The notes under the pieces: generated by a model | Database searches by the model: none | Told to the model about the DNA's origin: nothing | Seen by the model: the letters and a program-made list of their open reading frames with translations, nothing else | Origin: Pseudomonadota bacterium | Lineage (GTDB): Bacteria; Pseudomonadota; Gammaproteobacteria; Steroidobacterales; Steroidobacteraceae | DNA: 64,000 bases | NCBI GenBank assembly: GCA_016705325.1 | Contig: JADIYJ010000034.1 | Span: 9,685 to 73,684 of the forward strand | Reading direction: 5' to 3' | In this document: positions 1 to 11,200 of the stretch, one piece after another | Layout of the letters: each line of letters starts with the position of its first letter | Numbering within the stretch: position 1 is the stretch's first letter | Translations under genes and position numbers: made by a program

Positions 1-1804
1 ACGAAGCCGAGAAGAACCTGCGCGTGATCGTCGAGGAGGCGGCTGCGGCCAGGGCGGCGTCCGGCTCTGCCCAGCAGCTGATCGGCGACTTCTACTCCAG
101 CTTCATGGACGAGGCGAAGATCGAGCAGCTCGGCCTGAAGCCGCTGCAGCCCGAACTCGACCGCATCGCGGCCATCATTGACCGCAAGCAACTGCTCTCG
201 TACCTGTCGCGCGCGCAGCTGTTGATGATCGACAACCCGATCGGTGCCCAGATCTTCGCCGACGCGAAGAACCCCGACTTGAACACGCTGTGGGTGACGC
301 AGTCCGGCTTCGGCCTGCCGGAGCGCGACTACTACTTTTCGACCGACCAGCGCTTCACGGAGATCCGCGGCGCCTACGAGAAGCACATCGACAACGTCTT
401 CAAGCTCACCGGCCGCAAGGATTCCGCCGCGGTCGCGCAGGACCTGATGGCGTTCGAGACGCGCCTCGCCAAGGCCTCCTGGCCCGCGGTGAAGCTGCGC
501 GACATCGAGGCGCTCTACAACCCGATGACCGTCGAAAGCGCCGAGCAGGCCACGCCTGGCATCGACTGGTCGACGTGGCTCACCGACATGACCCTGCCGG
601 GCTCGGGCGAGCTGGTCCTGACGCAGAAGGACTATTTCCAGGAAGTCGGCAAGGCGCTCGACGACGTGCCGCTCGCGACGTGGCGGGACTACCTCACGCT
701 GCGCACGATCGACGCGTTCTCGCCGTACCTGAGCAAGGCGTTCGTCGACGAGAACTTCGACTTCTACCAGCGCACGCTCTCCGGCACGCCGCAGATCAAG
801 CCGCGCTGGAAGCGCGCGCTCGCCGAACTCGAAGGCTCGACCGGCGACCTGCTCGGCCAGGAATACGTCAAGCGTCACTTCCCGCCGGAAGCAAAGCAGC
901 GCATGGACGTGCTGGTCGGCAACCTGCTCAAGGCGTTCGACGTGTCGATCGACGAACTCGCGTGGATGGGACCGGAAACGAAGCAGGCAGCGCACGACAA
1001 GGCCCGCAACTTCACGGTCAAGATCGGCTACCCGACCAAGTGGAAGGATTACACCGGCCTGGTCGCCAGCAAGGACGACCTGGTCGGCAACGTGCTGCGC
1101 GCGCGTGCAGTGAACGTGCAGCGCGAGTTGAAAAAGGTCGGCCAGCCGGTCGACAAGACCGAGTGGGGCATGACGCCGCAGACGGTCAACGCCTACTACA
1201 ACCCGCTTGCCAACGAGATCGTGTTCCCGGCGGCCATCCTGCAGCCGCCGTTCTTCGACCCGAGGCGGACGACGCGGTCAACTACGGCGCGATCGGCGCC
1301 GTGATCGGCCACGAGATCAGCCACGGCTTCGACGACCAGGGCCGCCAGTTCGACGGCAAAGGCGTCCTGCGCGACTGGTGGACCGACAAGGACAACGAAC
1401 TCTTCATGGCGCGCGCGAACGCGCTCGTGCAGCAGTACAACGCGTTCAGCCCGATCCCCGGAATGAACGTCAACGGCGAACTCACGCTCGGGGAGAATAT
1501 CGGCGACCTTTCGGGTCTCGCGGTGGCCCGCAAGGCCTACCAGATCGCGCTCGACGGCAAGACCGCGCCCGTGCTGGACGGGTTCACCGGCGAGCAGCGG
1601 TTCTACCTCGGCTGGGGCCAGGTCTGGGCCCGGAACTACCGTGACGACGAACTGCGCAAGCGCCTGAAGACGGACCCGCACAGCCCGAGCGAGTACCGCG
1701 CCAACGGCATCCTGCGCAATATGCCCGACTTCGCCAAGGCGTTCGACGTTAAGGAAGGCGACAAGATGTACCTCGCACCGGAACAGGCCGTCCGTATCTG
1801 GTGA
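1..1804 (+). CDS. M13 family zinc metallopeptidase (PepO / neprilysin-like); 5' end lies outside the window; one frame break near 1262
   Basis: The frame of ORF 24..1304 is open from nt 3 and contains NAYYNP...PPFFDP. The family sequence continues in the frame of ORF 290..1804 as EADDAVNYGAIGAVIGHEISHGFDDQG (HExxH), GENIGDLSG and a C-terminal ...RIW. The junction ccg|ag at 1260-1262 lacks one G. Confidence 0.9.
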
Positions 1805-1868
1805 CCGGATTCTGTTAAATTCGCAGTCGTCCGGGGTGGGCCGAACGGCAATCAAGGAGTACTTCCCG

Positions 1869-2498
1869 ATGCGAGTTTTGCAAGCGCTCTTGCTGGTGGC
1901 GGCGGCAATGCTGCTGTCCGGTTGCGGTTACAACACGATCCAGGTACAGGACGAAGCGACGACGTCGGCGTGGTCCGAAGTCGTCAACCAGTACCAGCGC
2001 CGCGCCGACCTGATCCCGAACCTCGTCAACACGGTGAAGGGTTTTGCTGCGCAGGAGCAGGCCGTGCTCATCGGTGTCACCGAGGCCCGCGCCAGGGCGA
2101 CGCAGGTGCAGGTGAAAGCCGACGATCCCGCTTCGTTGCAGCAGTTCCAGGCTGCGCAGGGCGAGTTGTCGAGCGCGCTCTCGCGCCTGATGGTCGTGGT
2201 CGAGAAGTACCCGGAACTCAAGTCGGACCAGAACTTCCGCGACCTGCAGGCGCAGCTCGAAGGCACCGAGAACCGGATCACCGTGGCGCGCAATCGCTAC
2301 ATCCAGGCGGTGCAGGATTACAACGTGACGATCCGCAGGTTCCCGACCAACCTGACGGCCATGATCTTCGGCTACAAGGTGAAGCCGAACTTTGCGGTCG
2401 AGAACGAAGCGGCGATCGCGCAGCCGCCGACCGTGGACTTCAGCGCACCGTCGGCCACCCCGGCGCCCACGCCCGCACCCGCCCCTGCGACGAGCTGA
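1869..2498 (+). CDS. lemA: LemA family protein
   Basis: ORF 1836..2498. The internal ATG at 1869 gives MRVLQALLLVAAAMLLSGCGYN (lipoprotein-like signal) followed by the LemA-type sequence WSEVVNQYQRRADLIPNLVNTVKGFAAQE...RITVARNRYIQAVQDYN. It is followed by two TPM-domain genes, as in known LemA operons. Confidence 0.85.
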   Translation: MRVLQALLLVAAAMLLSGCGYNTIQVQDEATTSAWSEVVNQYQRRADLIPNLVNTVKGFAAQEQAVLIGVTEARARATQVQVKADDPASLQQFQAAQGELSSALSRLMVVVEKYPELKSDQNFRDLQAQLEGTENRITVARNRYIQAVQDYNVTIRRFPTNLTAMIFGYKVKPNFAVENEAAIAQPPTVDFSAPSATPAPTPAPAPATS

Positions 2499-2548
2499 GG
2501 TACTCCTCGCGTCGCGCCTCAGCCGGGGGCGCGGCGCGGGGTGATCCC

Positions 2549-3502
2549 ATGGTCGTCGCGACGTCCCCGCTCGATTCCCGTCCGCTGCTGCGAGGGCTGC
2601 TGCTCGCGGCATGGCTGTGGCTCATGGCTGCAGTCGTCCCGCCGGCATTCGCGCAGGACCTGGTCGCCGTTCCGCAGCTCACGGCGCGGGTCACTGATCT
2701 CACCGGTACCCTGGCGGCCGACCAGTCTTCTGCGCTCGAAGCGAAGCTGGCGGCATTCGAGCAATCGCAGGGCAGCCAGGTCGTGGTCCTGATCGTGCCG
2801 ACGACACAGCCCGAGGCAATCGAGCAGTATTCGATCCGCGTGGTCGACCAGTGGCAGCTCGGTCGGGGCAAGGTCGACGACGGCGTGCTGTTGCTGATAG
2901 CTCTGAACGACCGCAAGGTGCGCATCGAAGTCGGCTACGGCCTCGAAGGCGCGCTGCCCGACGCCACGTCGAACCGCATCATCCAGCAGGACATTGCACC
3001 CGCGTTCAAGCGCGGCGATTACTACGACGGCATCAACACCGGCGTCGATCGCATCATGCGCGTGATCGAGGGCGAGCCGCTGCCCGAGCCCGAGTTCAGT
3101 CCGCCTGCGGCCGGCATCCCCGGGCTCGTCCAACTCCTGCCGTTCCTGTTCATCTTCGCGCTGGTCGGCAGCTCGATCTTCCGGCGCCTGTTCGGTCGCG
3201 TCGGTGGCGCACTCGCCACCGGCGGCCTGGTCGGTTTCCTGGCCTGGTTGATGATCAGCATCCTCGGCATCTCGGTGATGGCTGGCATCGTCGCCTTCAT
3301 CTTCGCGCTGTTGGGCGGCACGGGCGGAGGCGGCGGGCCCAGTGCCGGCCGCAACGGCTGGTACAGCCGACGTCACGGCAGCGGCTGGGGTTACGGCGGC
3401 GGGTTCGGTGGCGGGCTCGGTGGAGGTGGTGGATTTGGCGGCGGTGGATTCGGCGGCGGGGGCGGCGGCTTCGGTGGCGGCGGCGCCTCGGGCGGCTGGT
3501 GA
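2549..3502 (+). CDS. TPM domain-containing protein (YgcG-like) with TM segments and a Gly-rich C-terminal tail
   Basis: ATG at 2549 in the frame of ORF 1922..3502. Signal-like N-terminus, then VTDLTGTLAADQSSALEAKLAAFEQSQGSQVVVLIVPT...VDDGVLLLIALNDRKVRIEVGYGLEG (TPM/phosphatase-like fold signature), hydrophobic helices and a GGGFGGG tail. Confidence 0.85.
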   Translation: MVVATSPLDSRPLLRGLLLAAWLWLMAAVVPPAFAQDLVAVPQLTARVTDLTGTLAADQSSALEAKLAAFEQSQGSQVVVLIVPTTQPEAIEQYSIRVVDQWQLGRGKVDDGVLLLIALNDRKVRIEVGYGLEGALPDATSNRIIQQDIAPAFKRGDYYDGINTGVDRIMRVIEGEPLPEPEFSPPAAGIPGLVQLLPFLFIFALVGSSIFRRLFGRVGGALATGGLVGFLAWLMISILGISVMAGIVAFIFALLGGTGGGGGPSAGRNGWYSRRHGSGWGYGGGFGGGLGGGGGFGGGGFGGGGGGFGGGGASGGW

Positions 3503-4011
3503 TGGCCATGGACTGGACACGTCTTTTTCGTCATCTGTTTGCGACGCGTGGCAAACTTGCGCGCGCTTTCCCGGTCGAAGCCCTCGAGGCGATCGAACGC
3601 GCGGTCACCGCATCGGAACTCCTGCACAGCGGCGAAATCCGCTTCGCGATCGAAGCGTCGCTCGAGCCTGGCGATATCTGGGCAGCCAGGACACCGCGGG
3701 CCCGGGCACTGCAGGTCTTTGCTGCGCTGGGGGTCTGGGATACCGAAGCGAACAACGGCATTCTGATCTACGTGCTGCTGGCGGATCGCGACGTGGAGAT
3801 CGTGGCGGACAGGGGCTTCAACGGTCGCGTGAGCCCCGCGGAGTGGGCCGCGGTCTGCAACACGATGGAAGAGAAGTTCCGCTCCGGGCAATATGAGCGG
3901 GGCGCGGTGGAAGGAGTGCACGAGGCTGGCCGGTTGCTGGCCCGACACTACCCGCCGTTGCCCGGTGGGCGCGACGAAGACGAACTGCCGAACCGCCCCG
4001 CCGTGCTCTGA
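3502..4011 (+). CDS. TPM domain-containing protein (second, cytoplasmic-type)
   Basis: ATG at 3502 overlaps the upstream TGA (ATGA coupling). Contains SGEIRFAIEASL...GILIYVLLADRDVEIVADRG, typical of the small TPM partner in LemA operons. Confidence 0.8.
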   Translation: MAMDWTRLFRHLFATRGKLARAFPVEALEAIERAVTASELLHSGEIRFAIEASLEPGDIWAARTPRARALQVFAALGVWDTEANNGILIYVLLADRDVEIVADRGFNGRVSPAEWAAVCNTMEEKFRSGQYERGAVEGVHEAGRLLARHYPPLPGGRDEDELPNRPAVL

Positions 4012-4049
4012 ACGGCCACGGGCCGTCCGACGCTGACGAGAGGTGGAAA

Positions 4050-5232
4050 GTGATTGGATTCGTGAATCTTCCAGGCATCCGGTCGACGCGCCGCGTGGCG
4101 CTCGTCGCCGTTTTCGCAACGCTTGCGGGCTGCAGCATCTTCGCACCGCAGCCGGAGGAGCCACCGCCCCCGCCAGAACCGCCGAAGCCGCAGTACGCGG
4201 AGCCGCTCGCGACCCACACGTTCCCATTCGACCCGCAGACCACGGCGGTCGTGGGGTCGTTGCAGGCGACGATCGCGACCCATGAAGACACGCTCCCTGA
4301 CATCGCGCGCCGCTTCAATCTCGGCTACGACGAAGTCGTCAACGCCAATCCGGGCGTCGACCCATGGCTGCCGAAGGAGGGCACCCGCATCGTGTTGCCC
4401 ACGCAGTTCCTGCTGCCGGACGCGCCGCGCGAAGGCCTGATCGTCAACCTTGCGGCGTTGCGGATGTTTTATTTCCCGAAGGCCGCGAAGGGCGAGCAGC
4501 GCGTCGTGGTCACGGTACCCGATCGGCATCGGCATGGTCGGCTGGGCGACGCCCACCGGCGGCACCAAGATCGTCTCGAAGCGCAAGGACCCGGTGTGGA
4601 CCCCACCCGCTTCCGTACGCAAGGAACATGCAGCCGAGGGCGACATCCTGCCAGCGCGGGTGCCCGCCGGTCCCGACAATCCACTGGGCGCGTTCGCGAT
4701 GAACCTTGGCTGGCCGAGCTACCTGATGCATGGCACCAACAAGCCCGCCGGTGTCGGCATGCGTGCGAGTCATGGTTGCATCCGGCTGTATCCGGAAGAC
4801 ATCGCGACGCTGTTTCCCCAGTTGCCGATCGGCACCAAGGTCACGGTCGTCAACCAGCCGCTGCTGTACAAGGTGCAGGACGGCCAGTTCTACGTGCAGT
4901 CGTTCCCTCCGCACGAGGAGCATCCGGAAGCGAAAGCGGCGGCCAAGGGGCAGCGCTTCAACAAGAAAGTTCAGGACAAGATGGCGCAGCGAGCGAAGCT
5001 GGCGGCCGTCACGGTCGACTGGGCGCTCGTGGAGCAGGTGGTGAACGCGGCGAAAGGCGTGGCCGTGCCCGTGTCCCAGCCGACCGTCGGTCTCGACCAG
5101 TTCCTGGCGTCGGCACTGCTGGTCGAGAATCGCATACCGGACGGCGCAACCTGGGACGGCAGCGATCGACCCGTGCCGATCCGCGATGAGGCGGCCGTCG
5201 TTGCTCCGGTGGCTGCCAGCGGCGGACGTTAG
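4050..5232 (+). CDS. L,D-transpeptidase (YkuD/ErfK family) lipoprotein with LysM domain; one frame break at 4515
   Basis: ORF 4050.. has a lipobox (ATLAGCS) and a LysM-like segment (HEDTLPDIARRFNLGYDEVVNANPGVDPW). ORF 4450..5232 continues with YPIGIGMVGWATPTG...MHGTNKPAGVGMRASHGCIRLYPEDI, the catalytic SHGC motif. The join VVT|YPIGIG needs removal of one G in acGGtac (4514-4515). Confidence 0.88.
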
Positions 5233-5238
5233 GCGACC

Positions 5239-6389
5239 GTGCGAGGACTCCCGGCCAGCTGGTACCTCGACCCCGACCGCGCACTGCTCGAAGACTCCGC
5301 AATATTCGCGCCGAGCTGGCAGTTCGTCTGCCACGTCTCGGACCTGCCTGCGCCCGGCACCGCAGTGCGATTTGACTGTGGCGAGCGTTCTGCGGTGGTG
5401 CTGCGGACGAAGGCGGGCGGCCTGCAGGGCTTTCGCAACGCCTGCCGTCATCGGGGCGCGCGCCTCGTCGAAGGCGACGCACACACCGGGCTCGCGTTCT
5501 GCATCGACGGCCGCTTGCGCTGCCCGTACCACGGCTGGACGTACGACGAATCGGGCGCGCTCGTCAGCATTCCCGCCGGCCAGCATTTCGATGCGTTCGA
5601 TGCGGACGCGCACTCGCTGCATCAGCTGCACGTCGCCCAGTGGCGCGGCCTGGTCTTCGCGGCCTTCCAGACGCCGCGACAAGCGCTCGAGCTTGTGCTC
5701 GACGCAGTCGCCGGTCCCTGGCCGGACCTGACGTCGATGCGACGCGTGATCGAGCCGCGCGCAACGCCCTGCGCGGCCGACTGGAAGCTGGCGTGCGAAC
5801 ACACGCTCGATACTGCGCACGTCGACGTTGCGCGACCGGCCCTGAAGCCGCGGTTGTTCTCGCCTCTGGTATTCGACCGGGGCGAGGGTGACGCCCTGCA
5901 TGCGACAGCTGCAGTCGCTACGGGCGCCCTCGGCGACACATGGTCGTCGCGCATGTACCGCCAGTTGCTGCGCGACAGGAAGTCGAGCCCGGCATGCGCC
6001 GAATACGTCTACCTCTGGCCGAATCTGCTGCTGCAGCTCGCGCCTGATGGCCTGTCCATCCTGCAGATCCTGCCGGGCGCGACCGGGCACAGCACGTGGC
6101 GTGAGCTGCGCTATGCGGCACCCGATGCGAGTCGAGAGATGCGCCTGCTGCGTTACACGCATCAGCGCGGGCGGCGCCAGACTCCCGCCGCGGACGCGCG
6201 CCTGCTCGCACGCGTGCAGCAGGGGTGGGGGATGCTGGACGCCGATGGACGGGCCCGATCGCAACCGGCGAGGTCGGGTTGCGCTGGTTCGCCGAGCGCT
6301 GTCGCGCGCGCCTGCCGGCACCGGCGTCCAGTACGCGCCCCAGTGGCGGCGGCAAGCGCCGCAGGTCGACCCCGTCTGCCAGAGCCTGA
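5239..6389 (+). CDS. Rieske [2Fe-2S] aromatic-ring-hydroxylating oxygenase alpha-subunit-like protein; probable frame break near 6222-6255
   Basis: CRHRGARL...CPYHGW Rieske motif in ORF 5239..6441. The C-terminal conserved-looking GPIATGEVGLRWFAERCRARL is readable only in the adjacent frame, which stops at TGA 6387-6389. The break most likely lies in the G runs at 6222-6230. Confidence 0.75.
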
Positions 6390-6483
6390 ATACGACCGCG
6401 CTGCCATCTGGTGGGTCAGGGGTCGCTTCGAAGGCCGATGACTTATGGTACTTTAAAGCAGTTTTTCGAGGCGGGGCGCGGCT

Positions 6484-8277
6484 TTGCGCGATATTGCCCA
6501 CACTGGCATCACGGTGACGGAAGCGGTTGGCGCAGACGTGCCGATCGTTCGATTGCCTACGGCGACGACGGGTTTCGTCGGCCGTGCGTTGCGTGGCCCC
6601 GTGAACCGTCCCGTGCGTGTGCGCGATTTCGCCGAGTACCAGCAGGTGTTCGGCGGGCTCTGGCAGCCGAGCATGCTGTCGTACGCCGTCGAGCAGTACT
6701 TCGACAACGGCGGCCGCGAAGCGGTCATCGTGCGCGTCGTCAACGGCGGAGCGCCGGTCACCATCAGCCTGCCTTGCGGCGGCGAACAGCTGGTGCTCGA
6801 AGCACTCAGTCCAGGCACGCGCGAAATCCTGCGAGCCTCCGTCGACTACGACAACATCGCGCCCAGCGAGGACGATCGCTTCAACCTCGTCCTGCAGCGC
6901 GTGCGCACGCTCGGCTCAGAGCAGATCGAAGATCAGGAAATTTTCCGGCGGCTGTCGACCGCGCCGGGTACCACGCGATTCGTCACCTCGGCGCTGCAGG
7001 AATCCCTGCTGGTGCGGGTGCGCGGCGCCGTGCCGAATGCGCGTCCGGACCGCACGTTCCGTGCGGGCGCGCGCCACCCGATCGGTTACGTCGATTCGAA
7101 TCCCGACGGTGACGATGGCTCGCCGCTCACCGATTACGACCTGATCGGCTCGGCTGAACGCGGCACCGGCCTCTTCGCCTTGCGCGATGTCGAGGACCTG
7201 CATTTCATCTGCGTGCCGCCGCCGGCGCGCGATCGCGACATCGGGCCCGGCGTGCTGCTGGTCGCAACGCAGTTCTGCCGCGACCACCGCGCGCTGCTCG
7301 TCGTCGATCCGCCGGCTGCGTGGCAGACGACCGATGAGGCATTGCAGGGCCTGCGTGAACTCGCGTTCCAGAGCGATTCCGCGTTCATCTGTTTCCCGCG
7401 CGTGCAGGCATTCGACCGGTTGCGCGGCCGCTTCGAGCCTTTCGCCAACTGCGGCGCGGTCGCGGGTGCGCTCGCGCGCATGGATTCGCATCGATCGCCC
7501 TGGGACGGGCTGCCCGACGAGCAGATCCTGCTGCGTCCCGGCACGCGCCCCCTGCAAGCGCTGTCGGATGCCGACTGCCAGAAGCTCACGGCGCAGGGGG
7601 TCAACCCGCTGCATGCGGTTCGTGCCAGCGTCGCCGGCACGGCGCAGCTCAAGACGCTTGCGCGTGGAGCGGGTGCCGGCCCTGAAAGTTCGCTGCTGAC
7701 GTTCCGTCGACGGCAGCTGCTGATCATCAACAGCATCGAGAGCGGCACACGCTGGGCGCGCTTCGAAGGGCGCGACCGCAACACCTGGCCACGGCTCGCA
7801 CGGCAGGTGCACACCTTCCTGCTCGGACTTGCCGCCAGCGGCGCCTTTGGCAAAGGCGCGGACGCGCAGCACTGCGAAGTCGTCTGCGATGAGCGCGTCA
7901 ACACGCCCGACGACCTCAGGAATGGCGTGGTGCATTGCCTGGTCTCGCTGCCTACCCCGCGCCTTGGCGAGAACCGCTCGTTCATGCTCACGCATCGCCT
8001 CGAGGGCAGCACCGTGCGGGCCGTCAGTCAGCGGCAGTTGCCGCCAGGCACGCGCTTTACCGTGCGCGAGCCGCCGCGTCCCGTGACCGACGGCTTGCTC
8101 GAAGACACCGCGCCACGCCGGACGCTGGCACAGGAGTTGTTCGCGCCGACGCCCGATCAGCGGCCCGCCGTGTCTTCAGGCACCCTGCGTCCCGAAGCCG
8201 CCGCCGCCCGGCGTCTCGATCTGAATCTCATCGCCCGGCTCTACGGCGAGCCCGAACGTCGCGGCGACCGTTTCTGA
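6484..8277 (+). CDS. Contractile tail sheath family protein (phage / eCIS-type sheath homologue), orphan
   Basis: 597-aa ORF. The N-terminus TGITVTEAV...VRLPTATTGFVGRALRGPVNRPVRVRDFAEYQQVFGG and the C-terminal INSIESGTRWARFEGRDRNTWPRLARQVHTFLLGLAASGAFGKG...CEVVCDERVN match the remembered sheath consensus (PGVY.EE...TS.A.FVG...GP...P..V.S..EF...FG and W.VFEPN...W....V..FL...W..GA). The last ~100 nt overlap the convergent oxoprolinase ORF, so the 3' end is uncertain. Confidence 0.75.
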   Translation: MRDIAHTGITVTEAVGADVPIVRLPTATTGFVGRALRGPVNRPVRVRDFAEYQQVFGGLWQPSMLSYAVEQYFDNGGREAVIVRVVNGGAPVTISLPCGGEQLVLEALSPGTREILRASVDYDNIAPSEDDRFNLVLQRVRTLGSEQIEDQEIFRRLSTAPGTTRFVTSALQESLLVRVRGAVPNARPDRTFRAGARHPIGYVDSNPDGDDGSPLTDYDLIGSAERGTGLFALRDVEDLHFICVPPPARDRDIGPGVLLVATQFCRDHRALLVVDPPAAWQTTDEALQGLRELAFQSDSAFICFPRVQAFDRLRGRFEPFANCGAVAGALARMDSHRSPWDGLPDEQILLRPGTRPLQALSDADCQKLTAQGVNPLHAVRASVAGTAQLKTLARGAGAGPESSLLTFRRRQLLIINSIESGTRWARFEGRDRNTWPRLARQVHTFLLGLAASGAFGKGADAQHCEVVCDERVNTPDDLRNGVVHCLVSLPTPRLGENRSFMLTHRLEGSTVRAVSQRQLPPGTRFTVREPPRPVTDGLLEDTAPRRTLAQELFAPTPDQRPAVSSGTLRPEAAAARRLDLNLIARLYGEPERRGDRF

Positions 8278-11200
8278 TTCGACGCGACCGCGCCGCCTGA
8301 CCGTGTTACGCCCGGGCACCCCGGGCGCACCTCCCTCGAGTTCGGGATCGGTGAGCCGCGAGTTGGTCATGTGCGTCTGCACGCCGCTTGCGCCGTCGAA
8401 ATCCGGACCTGCCCCTGCGCCGCCCGCAATGGTCTCGTAGTACTGATAGCGCTCGTTGCCGAACGTGAAGTTGTTCATCGTGCCTTGCGCGGCGGCCTGC
8501 AGTCCCAGGGCTCCGTACAGCGCATCGACGATGCACTGCGACGTTTCGACGTTGCCCGCGACCACCGCCGCGGGCGCGACCGGGTCGAGCATCGACCCGT
8601 GCGGCACGACGATGGTCAGCGGTCGCAGGCAACCCGCGTTGAGCGGGATCGGCTCGTCGATCAGCGTGCGGAAGACGTAGAGCACTGCCGCAGTCGTGAC
8701 GGCAAGTGGTGCGTTGAAGTTATTGGCCTGTTGCGGCGATGTGCCCGCGAAATCGACGACGGCCGTGCCGGCTTGCGGCTCGACGGCGATGCGCACGGCA
8801 ATCACCTGGCCATTGTCCATCTCGTAGCGGAAGCTGCCGGCGCGCAGCCGGCGGATCGCGCGGCGCACGCAGCGTTCGGCGTTGTCCTGCACGTGGCGCA
8901 TGTACGCGAGCAGCGTGGCGCCGCCATGGTCCGCCGCGGCGCGGCGCAGTTCCCGTTCGCCACGGGAATTGGCCGCCAGCTGCGCCCGCAGATCCGCAAG
9001 GTTCTGCGGGAAATTCCGTGCCGGCCAGGGTTGCCGCAGAACAGCTGGCGCAGCCGAGCGTCGTCGAGCGTTCCTTCCCGCATGATGCGCGTCGGCGCTA
9101 CCAGCACGCCTTCGTCGTCGATCGTGCGGCTGTCCGGCGGCATGGAGCCGGGCGAGATCCCTCCCACGTCGGCGTGGTGAGCACGCGACGCCGTAAAGAA
9201 TTCGACGTGGACGCCTGCCGTGTCGAAGACCGGTGAGACGACCGTCATGTCGGGCAGGTGGGTGCCGCCGGCGTACGGCGAATTCACCAGGTAAGCATCG
9301 CCGGGGCGCATTTCGTCACCGAATGAGTCGAGCACGGCGGCCACGCTTGCGCCCATCGATCCCAGGTGCACCGGCATGTGCGGTGCATTGGCGACGAGGT
9401 TCGCCGCGGCATCGAAGATCGCGCACGAAAAGTCGAGCCGCTCCTTGATGTTGACCGAACTCGCCGTGTGTCGCAGCACGGCGCCCATCTGCTCCGCGAC
9501 GTGCATGAACAGCGCGTTGAACACCTCGAGCCGCATCGGATCAGGCGCGGCGGCGGCTGCGTCTGGCTGAGTGACGCCGCGTGCAGCCTGCGACCGTTGC
9601 AGGACCACCAGGCCGCTCGGCGCGACGCGGCCCGCCCAGCCGGGAGCGATCCAGCTCGTTGCGCCGTCTTCGCAGAGCAGCAAGGGTCCGTGCAGCTGGT
9701 CGCCCGGTGCGAGGTCGCGGCGTGCGACGACTGGCACTGTGCGCGAGACCCCCTCGATCCATACCGAGGCACTCGCAGCCGGCGCTGCAGCGTCGGCGCT
9801 CAACGGTTTCTTGCCGGTGACCAGGTTCGGTGCTGCCGTCGCCACGCGCTCGATGGCTTCGGCCATGACCGAGCCGATGACCAGGCTCGCCGATTCGTCG
9901 GCAAAGCCGTAGAGCTGGCGGTGCGCCTCGAAGAATGCGACGCGAAGCGTGTCGGCGGACTGCCAGGGCAGTTCGAGCGTCGTGTCGGAGCCCGCGAGCC
10001 GCACGTGCGCGCTGCCACGCACCTCGACGAGCGAATCGGCGACGCCCTGGCGCAGCAGGTCATCACGCGCATCGGCTTCGAGTCCCTGTAATGCCTGCCT
10101 GCCAGCCGCGTGCCCCGCCGCATCGAGCGCAGCTTCGACTGTGCGACGGCGTATTGCGCGACGACCGGTCAAGCCGATGCCATAAGCGGACAGCACGCCC
10201 GCGAGCGGATGCAGCAAGACTTCGTCGGCACCGAGCAGCCCGGCCACGGCGCACGCGTGCTGCCCCGCCGCGCCACCAAACGAGAGCAGGCCGAAGCGAG
10301 CCGGGTCTTCGCCGTGGTGCAGGGCGAGTTCGCGGATCGCGTTGGCCATGCGCGCGCAGGCGACCTGCAGGAAGGCTTCGGCCAGCGCCTCCACGCCGTA
10401 CTCGAGTCCCGCTTCGTCGCGGGCCGCCGCGGCCAGCTCGGCGAGTCGCGCGCGCGAGGCAGCCGGATCGATCGGTTGATCGCCCGCCGGGCCGAAGACG
10501 TGCGGAAAATGCTCCACTGGAATGCGTCCCAGCACGACGTTGCAATCGGTGATCGTGGCGGGGCCGTTGCGGCGGTAACACGCCGGCCCGGGGTCGGCGC
10601 CGGCGGAGGCGGGACCCACCTGCAGGCGACCGTCGGCGAACCGCAGCACCGAACCACCGCCCGCCGCGATCGTGGTGATGTCGACCATGGGAGTCTGCAA
10701 CCGCACCCCGTCGATCTCGGCGGCAAACCGCCTCGGGATGTCGCCAGTGGACAGGCTGACGTCCGTCGACGTGCCTCCCATGTCGAAGCCGATCAGTCGT
10801 CGCGGACCTTCGGCGGTGCCGGCGGCAATCATGCCGACCACGCCCCCGGCGGGACCCGACAGGATGCCGTTCACGCCGCGAAAACCCTCGGCGTCGACGA
10901 GCCCGCCGTTGCTCTGCATGAAGGCGACGGTCGCGTCGCCGTGCGCTGCGCGCAGGCTCGCACGGAAAGTTTGCGTGTAGCGCAGGAGAATGGGCGAGAG
11001 GTAGGCGTCGGCCACGGTCGTGTCGCCGCGCGCCACGAAGCCGAGCAGCGGTGCGGCAGCGTGCGACGCGATCACTTCGCCGAAACCCGCTGCGCGTGCA
11101 ATTTCCGCGGCGCGGATCTCGTGGGCCGGATGCCGGAATCCGTGCAGGAATGCGACGGCCACGGCTTCGATGCCCGCCGCTCGCGCCGCCACGAGCGCGC

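Noticed and set aside
3340-3500. Gly-rich repetitive tail (GGGFGGG...) of the first TPM protein as a separate repeat element or mini-gene. Antisense ORF 3391..4227 gives poly-Pro
   Set aside because: Low-complexity Gly-rich C-termini are common in YgcG-type TPM proteins. The antisense ORF is a shadow of it.
4510-6501. 663-aa minus-strand ORF antisense to the L,D-transpeptidase and Rieske genes
   Set aside because: It is a typical high-GC shadow ORF, Arg/Ala/Pro/Gly-rich with no family motifs. It fully overlaps two genes that have clear catalytic signatures on the other strand.
8176-8277. The 102-nt overlap of the convergent sheath and oxoprolinase ORFs as evidence for antisense regulation
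   Set aside because: Given the indel-prone sequence and the decayed state of the oxoprolinase gene, either ORF end may be artificially extended. The overlap cannot be interpreted without verified sequence.
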